A stretch of 64,000 nt of DNA from contig QHYE01000060.1 in NCBI GenBank assembly GCA_003224055.1, forward strand, positions 739 through 64,738, read 5' to 3'. The position numbers and the translations under genes were made by a program. This DNA comes from Acidobacteriota bacterium. Lineage in GTDB: Bacteria; Acidobacteriota; Terriglobia; Acidiferrales; UBA7541. This document shows, piece after piece, positions 12,116 through 21,849 of this stretch; the stretch's first letter is position 1; each line of letters begins with the position of its first letter. The notes under the pieces were generated by a model. That model was not told the origin of the DNA. It saw only the letters and a program-made list of their open reading frames with translations, and did not search any database.

Positions 12116-13747
12116 TTGCGCATACCAAGAGGAGGATTTGCCGTGCTCCAGCAACGCTTGTTCGCCTGTGCGCTCTTGCTCTCTGCCCTTCTAGCCGGCC
12201 CCTCGGTCGCTCGAGCGGATAGTTCCGCCGGCGTGGCCGCCTCCGGCCAGCTTGGCAAAGTGGATTTCCCGACGAGTTGCGCCGCGGAAGTGCAGCCCTC
12301 GCTCGAAAAAGGCCTCGCCCTTCTGCACTCGTTCCAGTACACAGAATCCGAGAAGACCTTTGCTGACGCCTCGACTCGCGATCCGAAATGCGCCATCGCG
12401 CACTGGGGCAAAGCCATGGCCACGTATCTCCAGATTTGGGAGTTTCCGAATGACAAGACTCTGAAAGGCGGCCGCAAGGAGATTGAGAAGGCGCAGAAAC
12501 TCCATCCGGCTCTTCCACGCGAGCAGGATTTCATCAATGCGGCAGCCGCCTTCTTCCAGAACAAATCCAAGATGTCCCACGCCTCCCGTATCCAGGCCTA
12601 CTCCTCAGCGCTGGAGCGCCTGCACGCGCAATCTCCCGGCGATGTGGAAATCAGCGCTTTCTATGCGCTCTCGCTGATCGCGCTCGCCGAAGAAGATGTC
12701 GACAATATTGCCAACCGGAAGAAGGCTATCTCCATTCTCGATCCGTTGCTCCAGTCGCGTCCCGATCACCCCGGTGTCGCGCATTATCTGATTCACGCCG
12801 CGGACCGGCCGGAGTTCGCGCCGCAAGGTCTTGAAGCGGCTCGCCGCTACGCGGCCATCGCTCCGGATTCCGCGCACGCCTTGCACATGCCTTCCCACCT
12901 CTTTGTCCGACTCGGCCTCTGGCAGGATTCCATCGTCTCGAATATCGCCGCGAATACTTCAGGCGCTCATGCCGCGGAACTGCATCTTGCCGAATCTCAC
13001 TATCAAACCCACGCCATGGACTTCTTGAGCTACTCGTATCTTCAGAGTGGCCAGGAAGCCAAAGCTCGCGAAGTCATCGACCACACGGACCATGTCGTTG
13101 GGGCGAGCGAGGAGAATAGGGCCGAAGATCGCGCCTATCTTGCTGCCCGGACCGCCGTCGAGCTGCACCGCTGGAAGGAAGCCGCCGCATTGCCGATTAC
13201 CACCCTGCGCAAGAACTGGCAGGACACCACGTTCTGGGCCCGCGCCATCGGCGCCGCGCGCACCGGCGACGTGACCTCCGCGGAATCTGCCGTCAAGGAG
13301 CTCACGCAACTCGTTGCCGAACGCGAGAAGCGCGCGCGCAAGAGAGGCTATTCCGTTTCGAATGAAAAGGCTGCCGACCTCCGCGAAGCGGAAGCTTGGC
13401 TGGCCTTTGCCAAAGGAAAGTCCGACGAGGCTCTGCAAGAATTGCGTGCCGCCGCAGACCATCAGGACAAGAACGGCGGCGAGTCCGTCAGCATCCCCGC
13501 ACGCGAAATGCTCGCGGACATGCTCTCCGAACGCAAGCGTCCCGCCGAAGCGCTTGTTGAATACCAGACGGACATCAAGAATTCACCGAATCGCTTCGAT
13601 GCGCTCCTTGGCGCCGCGCGCGCTGCCCAGGCTGCCGGAGACGCCGCCGTGGCACAATCGTTCTACGCTCAGCTCGCTTCGATTTGTTCGCCTGGCGCTG
13701 ATCGTCCCGAGCTGGCCGAAGTGAAAACCTTTCTCGCGCGGAAATAG
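12116..13747 (+). CDS. Secreted TPR-like protein
   Basis: Signal peptide, GKVDFPTSC, PDHPGVAHYLIHA, HALHMPSH; helical-repeat character. Confidence 0.8.
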   Translation: MRIPRGGFAVLQQRLFACALLLSALLAGPSVARADSSAGVAASGQLGKVDFPTSCAAEVQPSLEKGLALLHSFQYTESEKTFADASTRDPKCAIAHWGKAMATYLQIWEFPNDKTLKGGRKEIEKAQKLHPALPREQDFINAAAAFFQNKSKMSHASRIQAYSSALERLHAQSPGDVEISAFYALSLIALAEEDVDNIANRKKAISILDPLLQSRPDHPGVAHYLIHAADRPEFAPQGLEAARRYAAIAPDSAHALHMPSHLFVRLGLWQDSIVSNIAANTSGAHAAELHLAESHYQTHAMDFLSYSYLQSGQEAKAREVIDHTDHVVGASEENRAEDRAYLAARTAVELHRWKEAAALPITTLRKNWQDTTFWARAIGAARTGDVTSAESAVKELTQLVAEREKRARKRGYSVSNEKAADLREAEAWLAFAKGKSDEALQELRAAADHQDKNGGESVSIPAREMLADMLSERKRPAEALVEYQTDIKNSPNRFDALLGAARAAQAAGDAAVAQSFYAQLASICSPGADRPELAEVKTFLARK

Positions 13748-13790
13748 CGAAGCATTCCTCCTCAACACTCTTTGCGCATGTTGCTGCGGA

Positions 13791-15326
13791 CTACTGGACT
13801 TTGTTGTGCTGCACGTTGCCGCCCCAGGCATACCATCCGTCGGCGTCCTTGTTCCCCGTCTTCAGACAGATGAGCCGCCCGTCGGAAGTTCCGACGTAGA
13901 GATTGCCCTTCGCCAGCGCCGGTTGAAACGCGATCGGGGCCTTCATCGCGTAGGAAAAACCAACGCCACCATCGCTTTGGTTCACGGAAAGGAGATGACC
14001 ATCCGCTCCAGCGAGATACAAATAGTCACGGCCCACCGCCGGCGGCGAGAAAATCTGCCCGCCCGGCGCGGCATGCGACCCGACAACTTCCGCCTGCCAC
14101 GACTGACCCCCATCCGAGGCACGTACGGAGTTGATGTAGTTTCCCTGCGCATTCAGAATCTGTCCCTTGCTCACAGCTGCTCGCGAACCCTGATAGGCCC
14201 ACGCGCCAACCACAGTGCTTACTCCTAAATTGTCGTTGGCTTGCGCAAGCTTCGCGGCGGGCGGAGCCGCGCTAAAGCCCACCGAAGAATCTAAGCTCGC
14301 TGTGGCTTGAGCCGAAAGAGCAACGCCTCCTCCGTTTCCCTTCTGTAGGTACTCGGCTTTGCTCTTGGCAATCAGCTCCTTGTCTTGCGCTTCGCCCTTC
14401 TTTGCGTCCACTCGCGCAAGGCCCTCGAACATTTCCTTCCCTCTTCCGCCCTTGCGTGTTTCGTAGAGCTGGCCACTGGAGATCACCGGAGCGCTCGTTG
14501 CCGCATTCGCCTTCACCCAAACCACGGAACCGTCCGTCGCATTCAGCGCATAGGAATTGCCGTCGAACGTCGTGAAGTACACTGTTCCATCGGAAATGAC
14601 TGGTGCGGTTATCACATCCCCGGAGATTTCCTGTTCCCAGATGTGCCGGCCTGTTTTCAAGTCCGCTGCCAAAAGGCGGTGACTTCCGCCCGGCCACGCT
14701 GCTTGAGGATGAAACTCCGCGCGCTTCGCGGGCCTGCCTGTTGCCGCCGGATGCGCCGTGTACAGCACGCCCTTATCGATCGCCGGCTGGCTCATCAGCG
14801 GGTCTCCCAGCCACTCCTGCCAGACCAAGCGTCCCCTCCGTTCATCCACCACAATCAGCGTGCAGCTCTCCGTGTTAAACGCCACCAATCCGTCCGCTAC
14901 CACCGCAGCCGTCGGTCCGTCCTCGCCCGTCTGGATCTGCCAAATGATTTTTCCGGTTTCCGCATCGACCGCATAAAAATCGTGCGAGCCATAGCCACCG
15001 CCCACAAAAAGCATCCCGTCCGCATAAGCAGGGGTGGCGATCGGCCGTCCGCCCGGGAGCCGCAGCACCCACCCGCTCCTTCCGTCGGACGTGCCAAACG
15101 AGGCAGCTTCCAGGTCGCGCTTCGGCCTCGGAAGATTCACGTTCACTCCGGTGCTCAAATCAATCCGCTTCACGGCCTGCTTGGCCGGACCTTCGGCAGC
15201 CTTGCTCGCAGCTGCCGTTATGGTCTTGACCTCTTGACGGGAGTCCGGCGGGAACAGGGCTGTGACACCCAGGAGCAAGCTCAAACTTGCCCCGAGAGAT
15301 AGCGCCCAACTGGACTGGGAAGACAT
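13791..15326 (-). CDS. PQQ-binding-like (BamB-type) beta-propeller protein
   Basis: Repeats such as YAVDAETGKIIW, AADLKTGRHIW, YALNATDGSVVW; GGAGG RBS before ATG 15326. Confidence 0.8.
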   Translation of the reverse strand: MSSQSSWALSLGASLSLLLGVTALFPPDSRQEVKTITAAASKAAEGPAKQAVKRIDLSTGVNVNLPRPKRDLEAASFGTSDGRSGWVLRLPGGRPIATPAYADGMLFVGGGYGSHDFYAVDAETGKIIWQIQTGEDGPTAAVVADGLVAFNTESCTLIVVDERRGRLVWQEWLGDPLMSQPAIDKGVLYTAHPAATGRPAKRAEFHPQAAWPGGSHRLLAADLKTGRHIWEQEISGDVITAPVISDGTVYFTTFDGNSYALNATDGSVVWVKANAATSAPVISSGQLYETRKGGRGKEMFEGLARVDAKKGEAQDKELIAKSKAEYLQKGNGGGVALSAQATASLDSSVGFSAAPPAAKLAQANDNLGVSTVVGAWAYQGSRAAVSKGQILNAQGNYINSVRASDGGQSWQAEVVGSHAAPGGQIFSPPAVGRDYLYLAGADGHLLSVNQSDGGVGFSYAMKAPIAFQPALAKGNLYVGTSDGRLICLKTGNKDADGWYAWGGNVQHNKVQ

Positions 15327-15427
15327 AGAACCTCCATGGCGCAACGCCATCTGGAGGACAGTTGCGCTTGAAATTAGAACGGTTGGGTCGAAGAACCTTG
15401 CAGGGTTTTTGGAAAATTTCTGGTGGC

Positions 15428-18055
15428 TCAGTCTATAAAATCGATAACCGCCCCTTCGCGCCGGTCTTGGAATCCGGCGAACTGGCCGAAGTTTGGCGCG
15501 GTCACGTTGTTGTACACGGCGTTGAAATTGCCGTGATTTGTGACGTTCAGCGAGTACACACCCAGCCTGACGTGATGCGCCTTTCCTTTGCCGTGTTCTG
15601 AGCCAAGAAATGGAATGCGGAATTCGCGATAGAGTTTCACGTCCAGCGTGAAAAACGAATTGAAGCGCTGCCCGTTCGGCGTCCCCACATAGTTTTGCAG
15701 CGTATCGATGTTGGAATAGGGATAGCCAGTGTGTATATCCGCGATTGGGCTGAACTTGAAGCCGCGCGGCAAGGAAACAATTCCCCAGGTCACAACGCGG
15801 TTGGGCACGTCATACGGCAGAATGCCGTATACATTCGGGCGAATCACCGGCTGCGCGAAAGGAATGAGCACGGCAGAAAGATTGTTCAAATCCCCGCGCG
15901 TACGGCTCCAGATGTAGGAGACATTTACCTCATCGTTGCGATGAAAGGTGAAATGTACGGTGCTTTCCAGCTCGCGATAATGCGATGAGCCCGTGTCCGT
16001 GAGAGCCAAATAGGATTGCGCACCCGGCGCAGCCGTGAAAGGATTCACCGTAAACAGATGCGTTGTGTGGCTATCGGTATAACCGACGCGCAAAGACACA
16101 TTTCTCCGCAACTGGCGTTCGACTTCGATGTTCCATGTCAGGTTGCGTGGCGTCGTGCCCGGCTGGCTCGGCAATGCGCTCGCAGTCAGTGGGTTCATCC
16201 TGCCGGCGTAGGCGTTCGTGTAGGTAACCGGGGGCCCGCTCGGCAGGCCCGCCGTATCAAATGGCGTGATCACGCGAATTGGGTTCGCTGCGAAGTCTCC
16301 CGCCAGAAGCGGCAGCAAGCTATAGAACAAGCCCACGCCCGTTCGAATGACGGTCTTGCCGTCTTTGCCGGGAGAGTAGGCCACCCCGGCGCGCGGAGCC
16401 ACCGCGCCGGACCAACCCTTGGTCTCGCTCGACAATCGTGCTCCCAGATCAACGGCCCAATTGGAATTCAGTACCCAGTGATCCTGGAGGAATTCCGCCA
16501 CGGCCGTGTCCGATGCGTTCTGCGCTGTCCCAGGCAGAAAAGTTGTCTCTTGCGCCAGCGTCCCATCCTGACGAAGGACTTGCACCGGATTCGAGCTGCT
16601 GATTCCTGCGTACGACCGATGATCGAAATCTACGCCCACGTGGACTTCGTGGCGGCCGTGCCAGTGTTTCTCGGCGAATTGGTACGCGGAGACCAGTTGA
16701 AATTCCTTGCCCTTGCGCGACCATTGATTGAAGAAATTCCCGCCCCAGCCTTCCGGCGTAACCAGCATGTCCGCCGGGCCTTGGCCATGCGCATTGCTGT
16801 CAAACCGCGTGTACTGCGCAATCGTGCTGAAGATGGCACCCGAGCCAAACTGATACCGATCCGTCAGCCCAACCGCTATGCCTTTTTGGTTCAGGTCGTT
16901 CGAGGCCGGCTGGGGAACGAGAGCATTGATATCCGCGTGCTGTTGCCGCAGCGGGAACGCATTCACCGTGAGCATCAGGATGTGTGTATTGGAGAGGATC
17001 GCCTCGACGGTCGAAAACGAGCTGAACCCTTGCTTCTTGCTGATGTCATTGGGCCAGGGCAAGCCGCGCACCGTGCGCTTTTTCATGTCGTACTGGAAAA
17101 TTTCCGAAAATAGCAGTTTGTGGGCAAGCAACGGTACGCCAAAGTCCAGCCCCGGGGTCGCCTCCTGCAGTCCGATCATGCTCCCGTTCTTGCCGAGTAC
17201 GGACGGAATGAAACTTTTCAATCGGTAGTTCCACCGGTCGTCGGGAGGTTTGGTTTCTACCACCGTCAATCCACCGGAAAAACTTCCCAGGCCCGCGTTA
17301 TACGGCGTCTTGTACACCGCGAAGGACTGCACGGCGTCAGTCGGCACCGGCACGGAGAAACTTCCCGTCACCGGATCAGTGGTCCGCGCCGAATTCACGA
17401 GCAACAAGCTCTGATTCTCGTCCGCGCCTTTGAAGTTCAGTTTTCCATCCTGTGTTTTCACTACCCCGGGAGTAACCGGCAGAACTTCACGGATCCTTTC
17501 TTGCGCCGTCGGAAGTGAAATCAGTTGGCGCTGGGTAAGGGTCACGCTCGGCGTCGACACGCTCTCGGTCGCGATGGCTTGCGTATCTTCGCTGACTTCC
17601 ACTTTTTCCGTGACGGTCTCCAGCTCCGCGCGAATATCCAGAGCAGTAGCCTGTCCCGCATTCACTGTGACCGTCTTTGTATAGGGTTTAAATCCCGGCT
17701 GGTTGATAGAAATCGTGTACGTCCCCGGCTTGAGGCCCTTGAATTCGTAGCTCCCCGCCTCGTCCGTACCCGCTGTAAGCGGGCTGCCGTCGGGCCCCGG
17801 TGTCAGCTTCAAAATAACGCCTGCCAGGCCACTCGAAGTGTTCTCCTGCAGCGTGGTCACCGTCCCGTGAATGGACCCTGAACGTGGATTCTCTCCGCGA
17901 GAGTGGGTTTCTTGCGCAAACACCGGACCAGCCGCGAGCAGCAATATAAAAACAGCCACCGCCTCCAGAAACCAACCGCAGGCGAGGCGCCATGCCCGCG
18001 CAGTCGTGGGAGGTGAAGGCACGGTTCTGCCACTGTCAGGTCGAGGGAAGCTCAT
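15428..18055 (-). CDS. TonB-dependent receptor-like outer-membrane protein (carboxypeptidase-regulatory N-domain)
   Basis: GSIHGTVT...GSYEFKGLKPGTYTI N-domain, plug-like LPVTPGVV, beta-barrel C-terminus. Start uncertain. Confidence 0.8.
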   Translation of the reverse strand: MSFPRPDSGRTVPSPPTTARAWRLACGWFLEAVAVFILLLAAGPVFAQETHSRGENPRSGSIHGTVTTLQENTSSGLAGVILKLTPGPDGSPLTAGTDEAGSYEFKGLKPGTYTISINQPGFKPYTKTVTVNAGQATALDIRAELETVTEKVEVSEDTQAIATESVSTPSVTLTQRQLISLPTAQERIREVLPVTPGVVKTQDGKLNFKGADENQSLLLVNSARTTDPVTGSFSVPVPTDAVQSFAVYKTPYNAGLGSFSGGLTVVETKPPDDRWNYRLKSFIPSVLGKNGSMIGLQEATPGLDFGVPLLAHKLLFSEIFQYDMKKRTVRGLPWPNDISKKQGFSSFSTVEAILSNTHILMLTVNAFPLRQQHADINALVPQPASNDLNQKGIAVGLTDRYQFGSGAIFSTIAQYTRFDSNAHGQGPADMLVTPEGWGGNFFNQWSRKGKEFQLVSAYQFAEKHWHGRHEVHVGVDFDHRSYAGISSSNPVQVLRQDGTLAQETTFLPGTAQNASDTAVAEFLQDHWVLNSNWAVDLGARLSSETKGWSGAVAPRAGVAYSPGKDGKTVIRTGVGLFYSLLPLLAGDFAANPIRVITPFDTAGLPSGPPVTYTNAYAGRMNPLTASALPSQPGTTPRNLTWNIEVERQLRRNVSLRVGYTDSHTTHLFTVNPFTAAPGAQSYLALTDTGSSHYRELESTVHFTFHRNDEVNVSYIWSRTRGDLNNLSAVLIPFAQPVIRPNVYGILPYDVPNRVVTWGIVSLPRGFKFSPIADIHTGYPYSNIDTLQNYVGTPNGQRFNSFFTLDVKLYREFRIPFLGSEHGKGKAHHVRLGVYSLNVTNHGNFNAVYNNVTAPNFGQFAGFQDRREGAVIDFID

Positions 18056-18248
18056 AGTTCAATCAGCCCAAAGGCTAATTCCCAATTATCTCGCGACTAG
18101 TTCTAGTACACCGACGAATATCCGCGGCACCCTTGTCCAGCCAGTGAACAGGCTCGCTGCCCCTTTTGAAACTCCCCAGCGAGGGCCAGCCTTAAATCAG
18201 ATGCAGCCACAGGTCATCCTGTCCCAGTTCGGGGCACCAATAAGAAAA

Positions 18249-18281
18249 CCCCGCGAGGTACCGCCAATCCATCCTCGCGGG
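18249..18281 (-). terminator. Hairpin/terminator between the two receptor genes
   Basis: CCCGCGAGG...CCTCGCGGG inverted repeat followed on the minus strand by TTTTCTT. Confidence 0.55.
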
Positions 18282-18304
18282 TCACCAGTTTGTTCAGGAC
18301 TGTC

Positions 18305-20944
18305 TTAGAAGTGAAAGCCCAGTTCGGCCGTGTACGTCCGCGGCGTCACAAAATGCGTTCCGCTGAACGTGGAGAGAAAATTGTAGAGCGCCACCTTGTT
18401 GGTTACGTTGATGGCCGTGAGGCGCAAGCTCCACTTGTAGCGATCGCCGCGGAGCAGGTTGTCGTCGCCGACGCTTAGATCAAACAGGTGCCTCGGCGCG
18501 ACGCGGGGCGGGTTGTGATCGTCGTTTGCCGTTCCCGGAGCCGGAAGGCTGATGCGCGTCGAACCATATAGTGTGGGATCGCAGGTGGTGAGCGGTGCCG
18601 TCAAAGTCGGAACCTGACTTCCGCAGAATAAGCCTGCCTGGATTTGCTGGTCCGCGGTGATGCCGGTCAAGTCCACGGGAGTCCCTGCGTCCGCCACCGG
18701 CACTGCCCCCGCAACCAGCCCGTTGTCATATCGCCAATTGAAGGCAATCCACGGCCACTCCTTCTTAGGCTGGTATTGCAGGTGCGTGGTTTGTTGGAAC
18801 TTCTGGTCGTGATCGATGCGGAACGCGCCGGCGGTCGTGAAATCCGTGCCCAACCCTCCCACTTGCGGATTGAAGAACCGCGAATTCACGCCGCTCATCA
18901 CCACGAACGCTGTCAACCCATGAAAATTCGGCACGCTTGTGCGCACCGAAAACCCGCTGATCTTCGAATTGTGCCAGGAGATAGGGAACGTAATAGGCGT
19001 GCCGAAGATGACGCCAAAGTCAAAAGCATTGTGGGTGTACTTCCACAAGTAGTCTGCGTCGACTACCACGTGTCGCCCGAAAGCCTGCTGGAACCCGCCG
19101 TGAAACTCGTTTCGCTGTCCGCCGCGAATCGATCCTGGGGCTCCCAGTACGCTGGAGAAGACACCTGCCGCATCCCCGAGACTTCCGACGATCAGGTTTT
19201 CGTTGAAGGGAGTTTCCAGAATCCGGGCGTAGGAAATCCTCAGCACGGTATTCGAAGGCTTGATGTTATAGGCGACGCCCAATCGAGGCTCTGCTTGCCA
19301 GTCGCGGCTGAGGCCGCGATAGATATCCCCGCGCACGCCCAGGTTGAACGACCAGTTTCCTGCCGTGATCGTGTCCTGAATATACAGCGCCACCTCCTTG
19401 ATGTCTGTATGCCCATGAAAGCGGAATAGGCCGCCTCCCTGCGTCAGGTCGAACGGCAGCAGAACCGCGCACGGATCGGGTGCCGGATTGCCGTTCGGGC
19501 ATCCGAGCGAGGGCAGAAAAGTCGGATCAACGATCCCAAGCCTTTCGTCCTCGGTCAGGAACGTATGCTGCAACGTCACCCCCGCCTTGATGTTGTGTCT
19601 CCCTTTCACGTACGAAACATCGGAACGAACGCCCAGGTTGCCTAGCGTACGATCTTGCGCGATGGTCGCGTTCTGCAGGAACGGGGTGAAATCGTCAAAT
19701 GGATTGCCGCTCGGGTAATAGTTGTAGTGATCTCGCCGCCCGAAGACTCCAAACGTAAAGAGAGTGGTGGAGCCAAACAGGTGCGTCCAAGTGGGGGCCA
19801 AGTTAAAAGTCTTGATCTGCGATCGCTGATCGCTGGGACCCAGGGGAGCGCCGGTCAGGGGATTCACCAGGAACGTGTCCGTGGCATCGCAATCAAACCC
19901 AAGCCCGGCAGGGCAAAGATGAAGTTGCGCGTCAAACGAATTGGGACTTTGAAACCAGGAACGCGTGTAGCCCGCGTTGAAATGGATGCTGTCCGCTTGG
20001 CTCAACTGAAAATCCACACGGTCAAACAGATTTTGCTGGTTCCCCTTGGAGTGCATCACCTGAAACTCCGGCGGATCGAGAAATCGGCTTGTTTCCAGAC
20101 CGTTTGCAGCGATGAAATTGCCCCACTTCTGTCCGCCGAAGGCCATGTCGAAGCTCGCTGTCGTGGTGCCAAAAGATCCGTACGACGCCCGCACGCTGCC
20201 AACCGGTTTCGTCTGGCCCATGCCCGAGCGCGTCGTGACTTTGATCACCAGGCTGGTCTTGTCGCCGAATTCCGCCGGCGGCGCGCCCGAAATCACTTCC
20301 AGCGATTGAATGGAATCCACGGGAATCTGGTTCGAGAAAACCTTGCTTTGCTGATCCGTGATCGGTTGTCCATCGACGGAAAACGAATTCTCCGCGTGAT
20401 CGCCCAGGCCGTGAAAGAGACCATTCGAATCGGCCACAACGCCCGGTGATGCCAGCGTCACCAGTGAACTGACCGAGGAGGATGGACTCTCGAGCGGCAG
20501 CTTTTCAAAAAGCCCGCGATCCACGTCCGTGTGAAAGGTAGAATCGTTTTCAAGGAGATCCGAACCCGTGGCCTCCACCGTGATACTCGTCGCGGCGGTT
20601 CCAATTTTCAAAATGATCGGCACCGTCGTCGGAACAGTTGAGCGCACATCCACGTCCTGCGTAAACGAGGCGAACCCGGGCGCCGTCACTACCAGGTGAT
20701 AAGGATTGAATGGCACGTTTGCGAAACGATAGCCACCATCGCTTCCCGTGGTGGTTTCCCGGTGATATCCGCTCACGGGATAGGAAATTTCCACCGTCGC
20801 ACCGGCGACCACTCCGCCGGATGCATCTTTCACTACGCCTTCTATCGAGCCGGAATTCCCTACTTGCGCCTTTGTTGGCCCAGCCGCCAAGCACAGAAAA
20901 AAGCCCAAAACCAAAATCACGTAAGTACTCAATCGCTTCAACAT
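18305..20944 (-). CDS. TonB-dependent receptor (Oar-like)
   Basis: Signal peptide, SGSIEGVVKDASGGVVAGATV, plug VDGQPITD...PAEFGDK, C-terminal aromatic GFHF; several Cys pairs in loops. Confidence 0.9.
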   Translation of the reverse strand: MLKRLSTYVILVLGFFLCLAAGPTKAQVGNSGSIEGVVKDASGGVVAGATVEISYPVSGYHRETTTGSDGGYRFANVPFNPYHLVVTAPGFASFTQDVDVRSTVPTTVPIILKIGTAATSITVEATGSDLLENDSTFHTDVDRGLFEKLPLESPSSSVSSLVTLASPGVVADSNGLFHGLGDHAENSFSVDGQPITDQQSKVFSNQIPVDSIQSLEVISGAPPAEFGDKTSLVIKVTTRSGMGQTKPVGSVRASYGSFGTTTASFDMAFGGQKWGNFIAANGLETSRFLDPPEFQVMHSKGNQQNLFDRVDFQLSQADSIHFNAGYTRSWFQSPNSFDAQLHLCPAGLGFDCDATDTFLVNPLTGAPLGPSDQRSQIKTFNLAPTWTHLFGSTTLFTFGVFGRRDHYNYYPSGNPFDDFTPFLQNATIAQDRTLGNLGVRSDVSYVKGRHNIKAGVTLQHTFLTEDERLGIVDPTFLPSLGCPNGNPAPDPCAVLLPFDLTQGGGLFRFHGHTDIKEVALYIQDTITAGNWSFNLGVRGDIYRGLSRDWQAEPRLGVAYNIKPSNTVLRISYARILETPFNENLIVGSLGDAAGVFSSVLGAPGSIRGGQRNEFHGGFQQAFGRHVVVDADYLWKYTHNAFDFGVIFGTPITFPISWHNSKISGFSVRTSVPNFHGLTAFVVMSGVNSRFFNPQVGGLGTDFTTAGAFRIDHDQKFQQTTHLQYQPKKEWPWIAFNWRYDNGLVAGAVPVADAGTPVDLTGITADQQIQAGLFCGSQVPTLTAPLTTCDPTLYGSTRISLPAPGTANDDHNPPRVAPRHLFDLSVGDDNLLRGDRYKWSLRLTAINVTNKVALYNFLSTFSGTHFVTPRTYTAELGFHF

Positions 20945-21074
20945 TTTTTCTCCATCCCCCCAAGGGTTATCGATAATGAGCGTGGATAGAAACCGCCTGG
21001 AACTGTGGCGGTTGCGCGACAGCCTGGATAGGCGTCATCGCACAGGGATTGAAACTATCGAATTGGAGATTGCG

Positions 21075-21374
21075 TTACGCGGAGGGAGGGGCGCGCCCGG
21101 CGCGATGCAGGGCAAACGAATCGCTGGGGGCCGCGTGCAGCGGGAGCGAGGAATACCAGGTAACAAACTCAGGTGTGCTGACGAGATCCAGCGGTGCCGC
21201 TGCCAGAGTCGGCATGTGCAACGCCTGGCAAATATGACACGCTGGGTCCGGACCCTTCGTGTGCTGGTGAAGGAAGCTGCCGCCTGCCGCGAAATACAGC
21301 AGCGCGGCGCAAGCCAGTATCGCCAGCGCGCGCTGTGCCGTCGATCGTCTGAAAATCGTATTCTCCCAGTGCAT
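21075..21374 (-). CDS. DUF2946-like leader/arrest peptide (signal, HxH, CxxC, C-terminal RAPP)
   Basis: Hydrophobic N-segment, HQHTKGPDPACHICQALH, ends AGRAPPSA; 130 nt upstream of the receptor gene. Confidence 0.8.
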   Translation of the reverse strand: MHWENTIFRRSTAQRALAILACAALLYFAAGGSFLHQHTKGPDPACHICQALHMPTLAAAPLDLVSTPEFVTWYSSLPLHAAPSDSFALHRAGRAPPSA

Positions 21375-21503
21375 AAGCGACACTTTAGCTTAGCACCTTA
21401 GACGGGCTGCCAGGCAAGTTGGTTGCTATTGAGGTACCTGGGGGGAAGGGCGGGTAGCTTGACCTCGCAACCATTCTTCCCTAAGCTCCGTCTTACTAAC
21501 CAG

Positions 21504-21779
21504 ATGCGAGTCAACGCCCGGGGAACGTGCTTTCTCATTTTTCTTGTCGGCGCCTTCTTCCTGGCGACGCAGTTTCACTATTGCACTGACCTCATGGTTG
21601 ACCCGTCCGCTTCTCACATTTGTTCAGCATGTTCCACCATGGATTCCTTGGTAGCCGCGCCGGTGCCGCAGCTTGCCATCGCGCACGTCAACCACCGCTT
21701 GGAGATTGTGCCTTCGGTCCGCACAATCTTTCTGGCGGCTCCGCGCACTGCCTCTCTGCGCGCGCCTCCCTCCCTCTAG
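21504..21779 (+). CDS. DUF2946-like leader/arrest peptide (signal, CxxC, C-terminal RAPP)
   Basis: Hydrophobic N-segment, HYC...SHICSAC, ends SLRAPPSL; 70 nt upstream of the porin-like gene. Confidence 0.75.
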   Translation: MRVNARGTCFLIFLVGAFFLATQFHYCTDLMVDPSASHICSACSTMDSLVAAPVPQLAIAHVNHRLEIVPSVRTIFLAAPRTASLRAPPSL

Positions 21780-21849
21780 TTACTCGCGGTGCCCCGGTAA
21801 CAATCCCTAGGTGTCCAGACTATCGGTTGTATGAGTGAGGAGTAATGCC

